A stretch of 64,000 nt of DNA from the human T2T-CHM13v2.0 reference genome, Homo sapiens, in assembly GCF_009914755.1 (NCBI RefSeq), contig NC_060931.1; one strand, written 5' to 3'. Within the stretch, counting starts at the first letter, position 1; every line of letters starts with the position of its first letter. The notes under the pieces are model-generated. The model worked only from the letters and a program-made list of their open reading frames with translations. It did no database searches and was not told the DNA's origin. Below are positions 29,580-48,770 of the stretch, piece after piece. The translations under genes were made by a program, and so were the position numbers.

Positions 29580-30163
29580 TATACCATCTCCATAGAAAGC
29601 ACCATCTTAAAAATTTACCCAGGATTTCTTTTATAAAGGTTGTTGTTGTTATTTTTATTATTAAGAAATCAGTGATTGTTAGTACACATTTTAAAAGCTT
29701 TCTGTCATTGCAGGATATGTCAGAAAAAAGTTTTTGCTGTAGTGATCTTTAACAACATAAGAAAAGGAGTGGTTTTTTTTTTATACTTGTTAGGTAAAAT
29801 AAATAGGATTTTTAAATGCTTCATATTATCCAAATTACATAAAAGTGGCAATCTCGTCAGTAAGTATGTATAATACTAAGAGAGCTATTAACTTTTCTTG
29901 GTAGTGGTTTTTGACCTTTTGCTGAACAAGTACTTTAAAAATTTTCAAATGCCAGGATGAAGACTTCTTAAACTAACTGTAATTATGCAACTTTTTCTTT
30001 ATAATCCGATACCTCACTATCTAAAATATCTGAAATTACATATGATCACTGTTTCAAGAACAAAATCAGTGATAGCACATTTTGAAGACTATGGAATCTA
30101 AAGGCTGATTTTGTATGCTCACTAGCACACATGATACTTTTCATGTTACCATTCAGCTTTTGA

Positions 30164-30502
<339 letters not shown>

Positions 30503-30592
30503 TCACAATTAAGTTTATAACAGGGATATGTTATGAACTTAATATGCTTGGCTATTAATATTTGGATATGTTCTCAAATATTCTAGAACATA

Positions 30593-30958
<366 letters not shown>

Positions 30959-31541
30959 TCACTAATGATAAGTTTAGTGACATATAGTTTATTAAGATAG
31001 CTATGGACAGTGTAGGGGCTTAGTCTTGATGAGATTTTAATTTTTGGCTGCACTTGAAATGAACTGGGATCAAAATAGTGGCAAGTTGGATAGAGATTTG
31101 CTGTCAGAATTAATATTCAAGAAGTTCTGATAGCTTGCAACCAAAGTATTTTATATTATAACAAATTCTAGATGCTCATAATTATTCAATTAAAATGGAT
31201 AAACAGTAAATATATGGGTTAGAGAAGAACAATGCTTTTTCCAGAAACAAAGTTTTAAAAACTTGTTAATATGGCAATTTTAAAACATACATGAAAGTAA
31301 AGATAACGGTATAATGAACCCAACATCATCTAACTTCAACAATTAAGACATGGCTAATCTTACTTCCTCTATATCCCTACACTTCCCCCTTCCCAATAGG
31401 TATTGCTCCCCCTATCCCCTGGATTATTTTATAAAATAAAACTCAGACTCAAGTTATCTCACCCATTAATGTTTTACTGTGTATCTGTAAAGGACTCTGC
31501 TTTTTTACTGTAACTACAACAAAATGTAAATAATAATTCCA

Positions 31542-31642
31542 GGCCGGGAGCTGTGGCTCATGCCTGTAATCACAGCACTTTGGGAGGCTGAGGTGGGTGG
31601 ATCACTTGAGGTCAGGAGTTCCAGACCAGCCTGGCCAACATG

Positions 31643-31677
<35 letters not shown>

Positions 31678-31772
31678 GCCGAGGATGGTACTCAGGAGGC
31701 TGAGGCATGAAAATCACTTGAACCTGCCTCGGCTTCCGAAAGTGCTGGGATTGTGAGCCACCATGCCCGGCC
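31542..31772. mobile_element. Chimeric Alu: + strand Alu 5' portion fused to the head of a - strand Alu
   Basis: ...cacttgaacctg joined to cctcggcttccgaaagtgctggga...cccggcc. Confidence 0.85.
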
Positions 31773-32384
31773 CAAATTGTTCCATTTTTGGTCAGTGGGA
31801 ACCCCTTCAGTTTGGCTCCCAAGCCCCTTTGTCAGGGTCTTGCTAGGATGACAAGGTGTTCCAGACTCATCTTACATATTTCCTTTCTCAGACCTTCAGT
31901 TGGACACTTTTAGTTTTTTCGTGTTAGAATGGGAAAAACAAAAGATAGAAGACATTTTCTATTTGAGAGTGGTGGCTATTTTAATGAATGACAGGCCATT
32001 TAAAAAGTTATTGAAACATGTTTTTTAAAAACAGAAAATCATAAAAAGTAAGTTTTGTGTGTTTATTTTTTATATTCATCCTTGAAAACCAAATAATATT
32101 GTCTCTAAATTACTTTTTAATAATCAAAATCTTATTTTAAGAAAGCTGAAAACTGTACTAAAGCAATCAAATATTCCTTCAACACATTATTTTTTACATT
32201 GTGTATGTGTATTGTGTGTGAATTTCTGAGCCTATTTGAAAACAGATTTATCATTTAGTCCATGGTTATACTCAAGGAATGCCAAATGCAATCTGTTCAT
32301 TCTGGCCTTTCTCTTTAATTCTTGTACATCTTTTGTACATTTCTATTCTTGTACATCTTTTTTTCTCTATTGTTTAGACTTTTT

Positions 32385-32753
32385 GGTCAAAAATTTAAAA
32401 ATTTTCTGATTGGCAGTTGGTTGAAAGAGATAATTTATTATCTAAAGATCTGGAATCAATAGACAGGAATGTCTGGCTTACTACGATAAAGGGTTATGGA
32501 GACCAACGTTTTATCATGCAGATAAAGCCTCCAGGTATCAGGCTTCAGAGAGAATAAATTGTAAATGTTTCTCATCAGACTTAGAGAGTCTGCTCTATTA
32601 GTAATTCTGAAAGGGAGGAGGTTATTATGGGGCATGTCCGGTCCCTGTCCCCCATCATGGCTTGAATCCGTCCCTCAGGTTAGCCTTAGAATGCCCTTGC
32701 TGAGAGGAAGAGTCCATTCAGATGGTGAGGGGGCCTTAGAATTACATTTTACA
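32385..32753 (-). mobile_element. ERV1 LTR fragment (MER4 family)
   Basis: ttttctgattggcagttggttgaaagag...aagcctccagg...ggcttcagagagaata...gtccattcagatggt matches MER4 LTR as I recall it. Confidence 0.8.
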
Positions 32754-33093
32754 GCATAATTAAACCTAGGAATAGTATCCAAGTTGTAGATAGATATGTG
32801 AGTTATACATCAAACACTGCCTTTTACACTTCCATTTTCTTGCCTTCACATTATTAAATTATGAAGAAATAGTATCGTAATATCCTCTTGGCCTAATCAT
32901 AGAGAGTAGAGTTAACAATTCTCTTGATAAGCAGTAGAACATTGTTAAGTTCTGCTGTCTGGATTGAGCGTGTCTATAGTAATGATGTCAAAGTCGGTCA
33001 GTTCGCTCTTGATTTTCTTAACTGCTTCTTATTTATGTTTGAGACTATATAGTTAGATTGATCTTGGCTTATTTTCCTTTTTAAATTTTATTA

Positions 33094-33419
<326 letters not shown>

Positions 33420-33688
33420 TTAGTTTTTCTACTGCTATGAAGTCCACTGAACCCCTTTAAATAATGTGCATGTTTGGCAGCTGGAAGCACTTCAGTCGTT
33501 TTTATTTTCTAAGCTAATAGCACAATTTTAAGTCATTTCCTGTCTAATAATGCCTAAAGTGTTTATTGGGATCATCATTAACACAGGTAAATAACTTTCC
33601 AAAGTCCAAACATATCCAAAAATCCTGTTTCTTACTTTGCATTAATGAAACTTGTCTAATTGCATTAGAGTGACTTTACGATACATGA

Positions 33689-34038
<350 letters not shown>

Positions 34039-34259
34039 CTAACTTTCTTATTTAAAATCCACCATGGTAAGCAGAGTTCCAAGATGACCCTAAAAGTACT
34101 TGTCCCTTATTTACTCCCATGTTTTCTTATATAGCACAGTTGACTTTATGAAAGGAAGTTCTTCTGTAAGCCTGACCTAATCAAGTGAACTATTAACAGG
34201 ATGCTGACTTTCTGGAGTAAGAAATTAAACTGATGGGATCTTTCCTTTCTATAATAAAC

Positions 34260-36360
34260 TGCTTTTTTAGAATATAAGTTAGATACCATAAAATTCACTC
34301 ATTGTAAGGGTACAAGCTAATTAATTTTAGTAAACTTAAAGAGTTATGCAATCATCACCATACAACATTGCCATCACCTCAGAAATTTCCCTTGTGACCA
34401 TTTGCAAATTGGTAGAATCTTAAATTCTTGTGAAAAATCCTGTTAGAACTTGGTGGGCTATACTTTAATATATTATTAAATTTAATTTGCTGTGTTTCTT
34501 CAGATTTTTGCAGCTTTTTAAATTAGGAAGGTCATCCTGTAGTTTCATTTTTTGTTTTGTCACCAGATTTTGGCACAAGTTAGCTTTCCATATTTTTTCA
34601 TGTTCTGGAACAAATGTTGTTAAATCTTCTTAAAAACTTTAGACTGCTTAATTATGGTTTTGAAAGTATCACTGTAGAATGTTTACTTCTGTATTTAGAA
34701 ATTTATCTGTTTTTTATTTTGCTTGCCATCTCTTTTATACTTAAATGTGTTAGAGGTGTATCTCATATCTTTATGGGTTCCCCCCAGATTATACTATAGT
34801 TTACTAACTGTACAATATTTTAATTTCTAATGATGTTCTTCTCATTTTTAGAATTCTCTTCCTCTGATTTTACCTATACTTGCCTTTTTGTCTTATTTCT
34901 TTTTTGTTCATTTCAATCTTTATAATTAGGCCATTTATTTCTATTCTTTCACATTTAATAGAAAATACATTAAGTCCATGAGTTAACTTCTAGCAAAGAT
35001 TTTACAACATAAGTTTTAAAATTTATATATTTATAATTTTCATTTTCTTAATTTTTAAATGTTGTATGTGTGATTTTGTCTTTTACCCAGTTGTTAATTG
35101 TAGACAGACTTTAAAAAAATTCTTTAGGTGATATGGATATTCAACATAAAATACTGTTATTACTTTTTATCATAGAGAAGTCTGTTCATATAATTTTTAC
35201 ATTTTGAAATTTATTCTTATATTCTTTGTTACCCTGGTACATTTTCAGTTGGTGGTAATGTCCCATAGATCCTCTAGGTGTGTCTCTTTAAGTTACCCAA
35301 TTTACTGTATATTAACTAAGTCAAACTTCATTTTTTAACCTCTGCGTCCTTTTTCATTGTTTTGTTTTCTTGTTCCTTGATTAGTAGAATGCTAAAGGCT
35401 CCCACCTTCTTTTGCTTTCTTTTATTATTTAGAATATTTTTTACTTTGTATAGTTTTGTATAATGGTTTATAACTTAGAAGGGTATAAAAGGTAAAGACT
35501 GTACCTTTCATCACTATAAAATGACTTTGACAGGTGATTTTTTTACCTATTTATTTCTAACCTTTTGTCTTTTTCCCTCTCTCTTTTTTTAAATTTAGGA
35601 GTTCTTTGTAACTAATAAATAATGGGACATCAATCTGTTGATTGATCTGTATATCTATCCATCTCTCTGTCTTACCCAACACAAACCAGATTTTTATTTT
35701 TAAATGGGAGCTTAATGTATTTATATTATTATCAGAACACTTTGTTTTACACTTTGCTTTCTTGCCACTTTTCTTATTTTCTTTCCCTTTCTCTATTATG
35801 ATTTGAGTCATTTTATATTTGGTAATTATTTGGAAGGCAAATATTTTTAACGTTTAAATTTTACTAATGGTTAGCTTCAAGATTATCAAATTGTTATTTA
35901 AAACACTTTCTCTAGCTGTTGTAGATGATAACAAAAGAACCTTTGATTCTGTGATCCCAGAAAAATTCCTTGCCCTGCCCTTGTGTCCAAAATTTGTTAA
36001 AATAATTTTAGCTTTTATTCACAACTTGGCACTGTACACTTAAAGATACAATATAGTTTTCTTTTTTAAAAAATAGTTTTTCTATCCAACTTTATAATTT
36101 TACTTATTGTAGTTATTTTGTGTTTGCTTATTTCGATTCATCAGCATTTTTCATTAAGTTTTTTAGTTTGGTTCATGTACCTGTCATCTGAAATACGCTT
36201 TAAAACTTAAAGAATAAAATAGTACAAATTCTATCCAATCCATGATACTTTCCCAATTTGGGGACAATTTTATCTTGAAAAATAAAAATAGTATTTTTCA
36301 AGATTAAATACTTGGCTGCTTTGATGGTAGTGTAGTCTATGGGTATATTAAAATTTTCTT
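34260..36360 (-). mobile_element. Highly decayed L1M fragments
   Basis: L1M-type 3' end (ccataaaattcactcatt...) followed by very T-rich degenerate sequence. Confidence 0.5.
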
Positions 36361-37370
36361 GAAAAAGGAGAATCTTTTGAGCTTACTGAAACATTCCCCA
36401 AATTTTGCATAGAGTTCATTTACATTCCTACAGAAAAACTCAGCAGTCTGAAAAAGGATATGTGCTACTTTGAGGAATCAAATTTGTGGAAGGAGATTCC
36501 ATTTGGACAGTCTTCTACATTGCCTGCATAATTCGCATCATTCCTCTCAAATTCCAGGCATAGATATATTCTCCACATAATTTATCCTTCTGTAAATTTT
36601 GTTTGATGGATTAATGACACCTACTGGGCAAGTAGCATCTTTTTGAAACTCTCCATATCCAAGCTGAAAAGAATGGGATAGCCCAGCTCACAAATGCCAA
36701 GCAGATGTGCACAGAATTGCTATACCTTCATGCAGTCTAGGGTGATGGGACTTCGTTACATGTTCATTAGCAGTGACATAACTGTGGATCGTTATTTTCC
36801 TAATTAGCCATTAATAACAGTTAACACTGTAATGGGATCACAATTTCAGAATTTGGAGCATATATTGTTGACAGTGAAATCTAATGAAAAACAAACTAGC
36901 TTCTTATATTTTATAAAAGATGTTAATCTCATTGATAGAATTACTGCCACTCATGCCAGATACCAGCTGGCTTTCATTTTGCATATTTTGTTCTCATTCT
37001 GGTGCCCAAACTATTGAATATATAATACTCTAATGGGAAGAAGCTTCTCACAACAGAGAGTGGGTTATAGTAATTTTTAAATAAACAAGGTCCTGAAGTA
37101 TGTAAAGGCTGATGGTAAGAAATCTTACTGTATCAGTTATAGGAAAAGCTTTCTTGTAATAGCTGCCATGGATGCTCATACAAATCAATGCAAGCAGATC
37201 AATTTTTCTTAGCTCTTTAAATGTTTAAGCCAGCATCTGGCCTTTGTGATGTTTCTTGGTTGTAGGTAATAGCTGGGAATTTCAGGTGAAGGATTACAAC
37301 TTCTGAGTTAGTTATGCTACCCCAAACGATCCATTGGATGTGGCTAAAATGCTAGTTTGAAACTATATTC

Positions 37371-37684
<314 letters not shown>

Positions 37685-38194
37685 TATATTCATGGGATTG
37701 GAAATGAATACTTCTTTGCCTGAAATCTTGTGGTTTAGCTTTAGTACTTACTGTAGTCAGTTCATTTCTTTGAAATATTGAGCTGTCTGACAGCTTAAAA
37801 TCCTAAGTTTCCTTTAAACTTGAGCCTGGCTTTGGAGGAGAAGGGGGTGGTGTAGGGGTGGATTTTATGTAAGGCTCTCTGAAGAGAATTCACTGAAGTG
37901 TTTTTTGCTGGCAGGGCACTGGGAAGGCTAGCAGGCTGCTTCCTCTCAGTCCTTCTTGGGTTTTGCCCTTAGCCTAGATCAACATTTAGTCAGATAATTT
38001 ACGTCAGGTCCACTGAAGTCTGTTTTTGTGCCTTGGTAAAGTCATCATTTTCCTTCCGTGAAGAAGCATGGAAAAGGCCCAGGTGCAATGTCCAGGTTTT
38101 GTTAAGCCAGTTGGATATTAGGAAAAGCCTTGACACTCTTTATAGTCTTAGTTCCCAGCTGGATATGTATCTCTCATCTAAGTTGGGAACTGAG

Positions 38195-38335
<141 letters not shown>

Positions 38336-40610
38336 TAAAGGTGTTGATCAAATATCACCTAACAAGATTATTTTCTTTGTGAACGTACTATAGTCAGGTA
38401 CCACATACAAATTTAGAACATATTATGTGGAGAGTACTAATATGCTGCAGAATCATTACTTCATGTCAAATGTAAACATCTAACTGTGCACTGAGAATTA
38501 GTTTTTTCATCCATACCTTGGAGGTAGTTCTACCTGCCCTTACTTAACTCAGAATCAGTGGGATAAGAGTTTGATACTGCTTATGAATTGGAGGGCCCAT
38601 GCCACATGCAAACTTTATTATCAGTATAACTATGTTATAACAATAGGCTTTTTGAGCTTGAAAAATGTGTCATAATTTAAAAAATAAATAATAGAAAGAA
38701 AGAGCTCTTCAAAGACCATAACAGAGGAGGTAAGATCTGAGCTTTAAAAAACATCTTGACATCAGAAGCACAGAGAAGGTAAGGGTGAACATTCCAGAGG
38801 GAATATGGTGTGAAAAAAATGCAGAGCAGGAATGGACAAGAAACGTTCAGGGAATGGAGACAAGGCGATGTTCATTGTAGATTAAATCTCTCCTTTATTA
38901 TCAATATAAAAGTGAAAAATCGAAGAGAATGACAATATTCTGAGCTTTTATTCCATAGTAATAACAAAAGCCTCATACAACTTGCATCTGAATTAACTTA
39001 GAATGAGGAGCTTTAGCGTTGACTGAGGAGAAAACTAAGTACTTAAGAGCTCAGGAAGGATACAAAGTAAAATTAGCATCAATTTTCTGGGCTCCTTTGC
39101 AGAAGGCTTCCCGGAGAAAGGGATTTTAGAAGAAAGTGATAAAGGTGAATTTCTGGAAAGGATGATAGCAAAAAAGAATGCCTTGTTTTGGAGACTTGGG
39201 GAAAGCTGACTCTGTGAATGGTATAACCAAAAGTGAGGTCTGAACTGTAGTCTTTAAAGACTACAAGGAATGTTGATTCAGCCTCACTCTATTCATCTTG
39301 GTTTCATCTTCCCCTAGGCACCATAGCCACTTGAAATCCTGCAGGCAAAAATTTCCTACTTATTGCCTCTTCTATTCTTTGAAGTTTCCTCCTGTCTAGA
39401 AAAATGGAGCTTATGTTTAGTTTGAGATTTTCCACGTTTTCATTCATGCACCCAGCTCTAATGTTTCTTATTGTCTCCCCAAAGGAACTCTGTTTCAAAT
39501 GAAACTGCTGATCATTTCCCAGCATGTTGCTTTTTCTGTCTTTGCTTTCTGCTTTTCTCCTCAATGGAGTATCTTTCACTGTCCTCTCAGCCATATGAGT
39601 TTAATCTACTTTTAAAATCCAAGGCTTCAGAAATCACTTCTCTGAACCTCCCTGGCTACTTTTTGGTTTCATTGAACATGTATTTCCTTGTGGTGTTGTA
39701 TTTGCTTATCTTTTACTGCCTTTTTCTTGTTATATTGGAAACATTGTCAAGGGGCTGTGACTTGTAACCAGTACTACATTGCTTGGTGTTTCTGAAAATG
39801 TGTTTGGTGATGATATTGTAGACTAGTACTCCATATATTTATGACTTAGTCTTATGTAGACTGATGGTTTTCAATTTTATGTATTTGTTCATTTTTAATG
39901 GAAAACCAGAGCTTGTTAAATGTGTGGAAACCACTAGAACGTAAACTTCATGAGATGACTTTTGTTTTTTTTTTTTGTTTTTTTTTGTTTTTTTTTGTTT
40001 TTTTTTTTTGGTGTAGTACCATATCTTCAGCACTTAGTTCTAGCCCATATGTGGCACTTAATACATTATTTGTTGAATAAGTGCTGATTTAATTTACTTA
40101 ATCTGTAGGTCTTCATTGGTTCTTTTAAATATGTAGTAAGAAACCTCCAGGATGTTATCTCAATTAACAAGATCATTAGGTGCCATCCCAGTGTTTGAAG
40201 GATAACATCACAGCATCTCATCATTTTTTCCTAGGAGAAGAAAACTTTATTTTATTTTGCTCTGATTTGTTTCTTTTTTTGAGACAAGACAGAAGAAAAA
40301 AGGTAAGAAATCATAGTTGGTGTAATCTCACTTTAGTTTATTCAACATTTTTGGTCTTTTCATTATTGAAAAAAAATTGCAGTGGAACAGAAGAAAAAAT
40401 TTGATGGAAAGACTGCTTTCTAATTTATGGACCTTGAGGTTTGGCTTTTTAGGTGTTTATTTAAGGCTTGCCCACTCTGTTCTCTACATTGACATTTCAT
40501 GGTGAATATTTTGCTTATTCTACCCTCTGTATTTTTTCTATGGCAGCTTGCCTGGCAGTATTCAGAAACTGAGAAGAATATTAAAGATCAGAACCTTAAA
40601 TTGTTCACTC

Positions 40611-40907
<297 letters not shown>

Positions 40908-40992
40908 TGTTCACTCTTGACAAGGATCAAAAACAGGAACTAAGAAGCAGACCACTAACTTTTTCCTTTTTTCTCTTTTCTTTTGCCTTTAG

Positions 40993-41142
<150 letters not shown>

Positions 41143-41357
41143 TAGGCCACACACACACCATTGGTTCAAGTCTGAATTACATAACTTTCCCTCATCTTTA
41201 GAACTTTTTGTCTACCCAAGCATTGCGGTTCACATTATCTTTGTATACTTATTTGAGCATTGTAGTTATGGTGTCATTCTAAAATGTCGTTTGAGCAAAA
41301 ATGTATTTTGACAAATCATTAGGTAGGAGGAACTATTTGTTACCTTAGAAACAACAA

Positions 41358-41652
41358 GGCCGGGCACGGTGGCTCACGCCTGTAATCCCAGCACTTTGGG
41401 AGGCTAAAGCAGGTGGATCACCTGAGGTTGGAAGTTTGAGACCAGCCTGACCAGCATGGAGAAACCCTATCTCTACTAAAAATACAAAATTAGCTGGGCG
41501 TGGCAGTGCATGCCTGTAATCCCAGCTACTCGGGAAGCTGAGACAGAAGAATCTCTGAACCCAGAAGGCAGAGGTTGTGGTGAGCCGATATTGTGCCACT
41601 GTACTCAGCCTGGGTGACAGAGCAAGACCCCATCTCAAAATAAATAAATAAA
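41358..41652 (+). mobile_element. AluS (Sp-like) 263 nt downstream of exon 3
   Basis: Full dimer. Confidence 0.94.
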
Positions 41653-41791
41653 TTCCCGTTGGATTTCTGGAAGGAAAACCTTGTGAGAATGCGTCATACC
41701 TCTTGAGATATCTGTTTGCCCTCTAGATGTGATTTTCATTGTTCTCTAGTCTGCCCACCAACAGGGCAGGTTCCCCCTCTATTACTTCTGA

Positions 41792-42148
<357 letters not shown>

Positions 42149-42223
42149 ATATATCAGCATTCTTAACTCATCTGTACCTCAAGAGCAACACTTGGAAATT
42201 CTTTTGTGAAATGGATCAAGTAA

Positions 42224-42577
<354 letters not shown>

Positions 42578-43559
42578 AGCATTAACAGAATAAGTGAGAG
42601 AGTAGCACCATGAAAAAAAAGAGATAGCACTTCAGAGTGTCTGAGTATTAAGAATAAATAAAGGATATGTAATAAGAAGCAAAATCTTTTATTTTCTCCA
42701 TTTTATTTTTAAAAAACACCATACTCTAAAGCAGTGTGCTGTTCATTATAGAGTGCAAGATGATTCATTGAGTTCCAGAAAGAAAATACTAGTACTTTTT
42801 TTCTTAAAAAAAGAAATTAAACTTTACTAGTATTCAGTTTAACGAGCGGGGAATAATTGATGTCTATAATTTTTAAATACGTGGATTTAAGGAGTGTATA
42901 CTCAAAACTTTTTTTTACTGAGAGATGTCTACTAACATAAACGGTTGGAGACCACTCTAGCACACTGAGCAGTTCTCTATGATAATACCACATCCATCTC
43001 TCCATCAGCCAAGGTAGACAATTCCGAGATACAATCACATTTCTGCACCTCTCATGAAAGTTTGTGAGGTTTATGATGAGATGTTGTATGAGATACTGTA
43101 TTCTTACAGGAATTAAATGGAATAAAGTATAATTATTTTTATGTTATTTTAATATATTAGTTATAGATAATAACCTCCCCTTCTTCTGTGATATAATATC
43201 AAAGTTATATAAATAAAGAGTACTAACAGTATTTTACTGTGTGTGTGTTTCTGTGTGTAAGAATATGTTTTATTGTGTGTCCATGTGTCTGATTAATTTT
43301 GTGATGGAGCTATACAACCATAAAACCATGACAACTTTTCTTATCTAAGTTGTTAGCAATAATAATTAATGTTTAAATAGCTGTTTTTCTGAGATTTTTG
43401 TTATACTTTTAATGTAAGATCTCATTGACTCTAGAAATTATTCCAGGGTTAGTAGGTCATATTTTTTTCATAGTGTAGAGAAATGAACGCCATGTTAGTT
43501 TAGGGGACTAGAGCTGCCATTGGATCTTTTGGCTTGTTTCCTCTAACTCACTTTCTGTT

Positions 43560-45210
43560 AGATAAAAAGAAATTGACAAAAGACATTCCATATTCATGAA
43601 TAGAAAGACAGTATTATTAAGATGTCAGTACTACCCTAAGCTATTTATAGATTCAGTGCAATGTCTATCATAATTCCAACAATCTTTTTTTGCAAAAATG
43701 GAAAAGCAGATTCTCAAATACATATGAAATGGCATAAGGCCTTAATAACCAACACAGTCTGGAAAAAGAGCAAAGTTAGAGGACTCACACTTACCAACCT
43801 CAAAACTCACTGCAAAGCTACAGTTAATCAAAACAGTATGGTGCTGGCCTAATATTAGACATACAGACCAATGGAGTAGAATGGAGAGCCCAGAAGGGAG
43901 CCCATACTTATATGCCTAAATGAGTTTTAACAAGAGTGCCAAGACACTTCAATGGGGAAAGAATTTTCTCTTTAACAGATGGTGTTGAGAGAACTGGATT
44001 TCTATGTGCAAAAGAATGAAATTGGACTCCTACATCGCACTATGTACAAAAATAAACTCAAAATGAATCAATGACCAAAATATAAATGTGAACACCATAA
44101 AACTCTTAGAAGAAAATATACAGGTAAATCTTCATGACCTTCAATTTGGCAGTGGCTTATTAGATATGACACCAAAAGCATGTACAATGAAAGAGAAAAT
44201 AAATTGGACTTCATCAAAATTAAAAACTTCTCACACCAAAGAGCATTATCAAGAAAGTAAAAAGACAGCCTACAAAATGGGGAAAAGATTTGCAAATCAT
44301 ATAAGTGGTGTTTACTCTACAGAATGTGTAAAGAACTACAACTCAATAATAAAAAGATAACCTAAAGCAAAAATGGGCAAAGAATTTGAGAAATATTTCT
44401 ACAAAGAAGTACAAAGAAGAGGTACTTGAAAAATGCTGAAAATCATTAGGTATTAGAGAAATGCAAATTAAAACTGTAACGAGATTATCATTTTATACCT
44501 AGTAGGATGGTTATGCTTTTAAAAAGAGAATGAAAAATAAGAAGTGTTGGCAAGGATGTGGAAAAGTTGGAATATTCATACATTACTGGTGGGAATGTAA
44601 AATGACGCAGCCACTGTAGAAAACAGCTTGGCAGTCCTCAAAAAGCTGAAACATATAATTACCATATGACCCAGCAATTTCACTTTTAGGTATATACCCC
44701 AAAGAATGGAAAACATGAACTTAAACAGAGACTTGTAAGCCAGTGTTCACTGCAGCATTATTTATGGTAGTCAAAAAGTAGAAACAACCCATGTGTTTCT
44801 CAACAAATGAATTGATAAACAAAATGTGACAGCTTGGCTGATAGGCACACAATGGAATATACTCAGCCATAAAAAAGATTGGCATTGTAATATATACTAC
44901 AATATGGATGAACTTTAAAAATATGCTAAATAAAAGCAAGACAAAGAAGGACAAATATTGTATGATTCCACTTATAAGAGGTATCTAGAATAGGCAAATT
45001 CATAGAGACATAAAGTAGAATAGAACTTACCAGGAATTTGGGGGATGGAGAGTGGGAGGGAGGAAAGCTATTGCTTGTTGGTTACAGAGTTTCTTTTTGG
45101 GGATGATAACAATGTTTTGGAAATAGATAGTCATGACAGTTGCTCAATGTTTTGAATGTAATTAATGCCACTGAATTACACAATTAAAAAATGATCTGTT
45201 AAAAAATGTA
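43560..45210 (+). mobile_element. L1MB-type LINE-1 (ORF2 C-terminus plus 3'UTR), sense to AUTS2
   Basis: Decayed ORF2 (aaagacattccatattcatg, caaaacagtatggtgctggc, ttggacttcatcaaaattaaaaac) and L1M 3'UTR (tgtatgattccacttata...aatgccactgaatt). Confidence 0.88.
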
Positions 45211-45722
45211 AAAATAATTAGGGCTGTAATAATGCTTATTCTGCTTTCACTTCATTGAAAATATGGAAAATAGTTATAACTTTTACCAGCCTTGTCTACT
45301 AATTGTGTCACCTGTGCCATTTCTGGTCCTGTTTCTATTGGTTGTTTTTTCTCTTCATTATGGGTCATATTTTCCTGCTTCTTTGTATGCCTGGCAGTTT
45401 TTCATTGGATGCCAGACATTATAAAATCCTGTCAGTCTTATGTCAAGCCAGTCAATGAAACACTTCCGATTCATATTGTTTATTATATTTTAAAATTATG
45501 AAAAAAATTTGTGGGCATATAGTAGGCGTATTGTTCATTAATTATTAAAATTCACACTTTTTGCAACATTACTGAAAAGGAAAGAAAGAAAAATGACCCA
45601 AAACGTGGACATTTACTGAAATGTTTTGAGATCCCTAGTCACATTTCCCTCACTCATGTGCAGGTCTGAGGTTGCAGAGTCCTGTGTCAAGCACTATGGC
45701 AATCTGAAATCTGCTGAGATGA

Positions 45723-46037
<315 letters not shown>

Positions 46038-46159
46038 GAGATGAAAGCTTTTAACAAACCAACCCACAGAATGGATCTTTTGGATACCAAAGCAACACCT
46101 ACCTGCACAATATTTTAGAGAATAAAGATGCCCCATTTTTTCTTGAAAGAGAATTAACA

Positions 46160-47744
<1,585 letters not shown>

Positions 47745-47831
47745 CTATCAGAGAGTGAAAAGGTAGAGTCAAAGATGACTACTGGTTTTTGTTTTTGTTT
47801 TTTCTTTAAAAATTCCATATTAGTTCTTATT

Positions 47832-48106
47832 ATGCTTATTCTTCTTTCACTTCATTGAACATATGGAAAATAGTTATTACAGCTTTTACTGTCCTTGTGT
47901 ACTAATTTTGTCACCTGTGCCATTTCTGGACCTGTTTCTATTGGTTGTTTTTTCTCCTCACTATGGGTCATATTTTCCTGCTTCTTTGTATGCCTGGCAA
48001 TTTTTTATTGAATGCCAGACATTATAAAATTTTCCTTGTTGGGTACTGGGTATTTCTGGTTTCTATAAACATTACTCATTTTGGGATACAATTTTGTTAT
48101 TTGGAG

Positions 48107-48151
<45 letters not shown>

Positions 48152-48770
48152 TAATGTTTGCTTTTGTACTTTCTTGGACAAGACCAGAACAACCTTTAGT
48201 CTAAAGATAATTTTTCCCCCATTCTGACTGAGTACTTTGCCTAATGCCTAACGTCTTACAAGGTTTTTCCACTGTAGATTGTGGGAAAACAAACTATTCC
48301 CTGCCTTGTGTGGGCTTTGTAAGTTCTTCCTCCTCCTTCCCAGTGGTGGTTTTCCTCGCCTTGGGTATTTTCTCTCACAGATGTGCTGACTAGTCATCAG
48401 GTAGAAACTAGAGGGGAACCTTCTGCAGCTTTCATGATTCTCGCTTTCTGTGATGCTGTCTCCTCCTTATCCTCTGCCTTGGAGTTCCAGCTGTCTTTGC
48501 CTCCCCTTATTCTCAACTGTGTCTTCAAGACTCAGGGATTCCACCTGGGTCACCTCCTACCCGGCAATCATGTGGCATGAAAACTCTCCAGGCAGTAAGG
48601 TGGGAAAATTTTAAGGGTCACCCTACTTTTTTCTCTTCTCTCAAATATTATTGTCCTTTACTCTGTCTTACCCAATTTCTAAAAACTCCTGTTTCATACC
48701 TTTTGTCCAGTTTTTTAGTTGCTTGAGGTGGGAGAATACATTCAGTCCCTATTAGTCCATCATGCCCCTG
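47832..48770 (-). mobile_element. Ancient L1M 5'-region fragment
   Basis: gggtcatattttcctgcttctttgtatgcctgg...gccagacatt, and terminal gtccctattagtccatc typical of old L1M 5' ends. Confidence 0.55.
48108..48148. repeat. (TG)20 microsatellite
   Basis: Perfect dinucleotide run. Confidence 0.97.
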
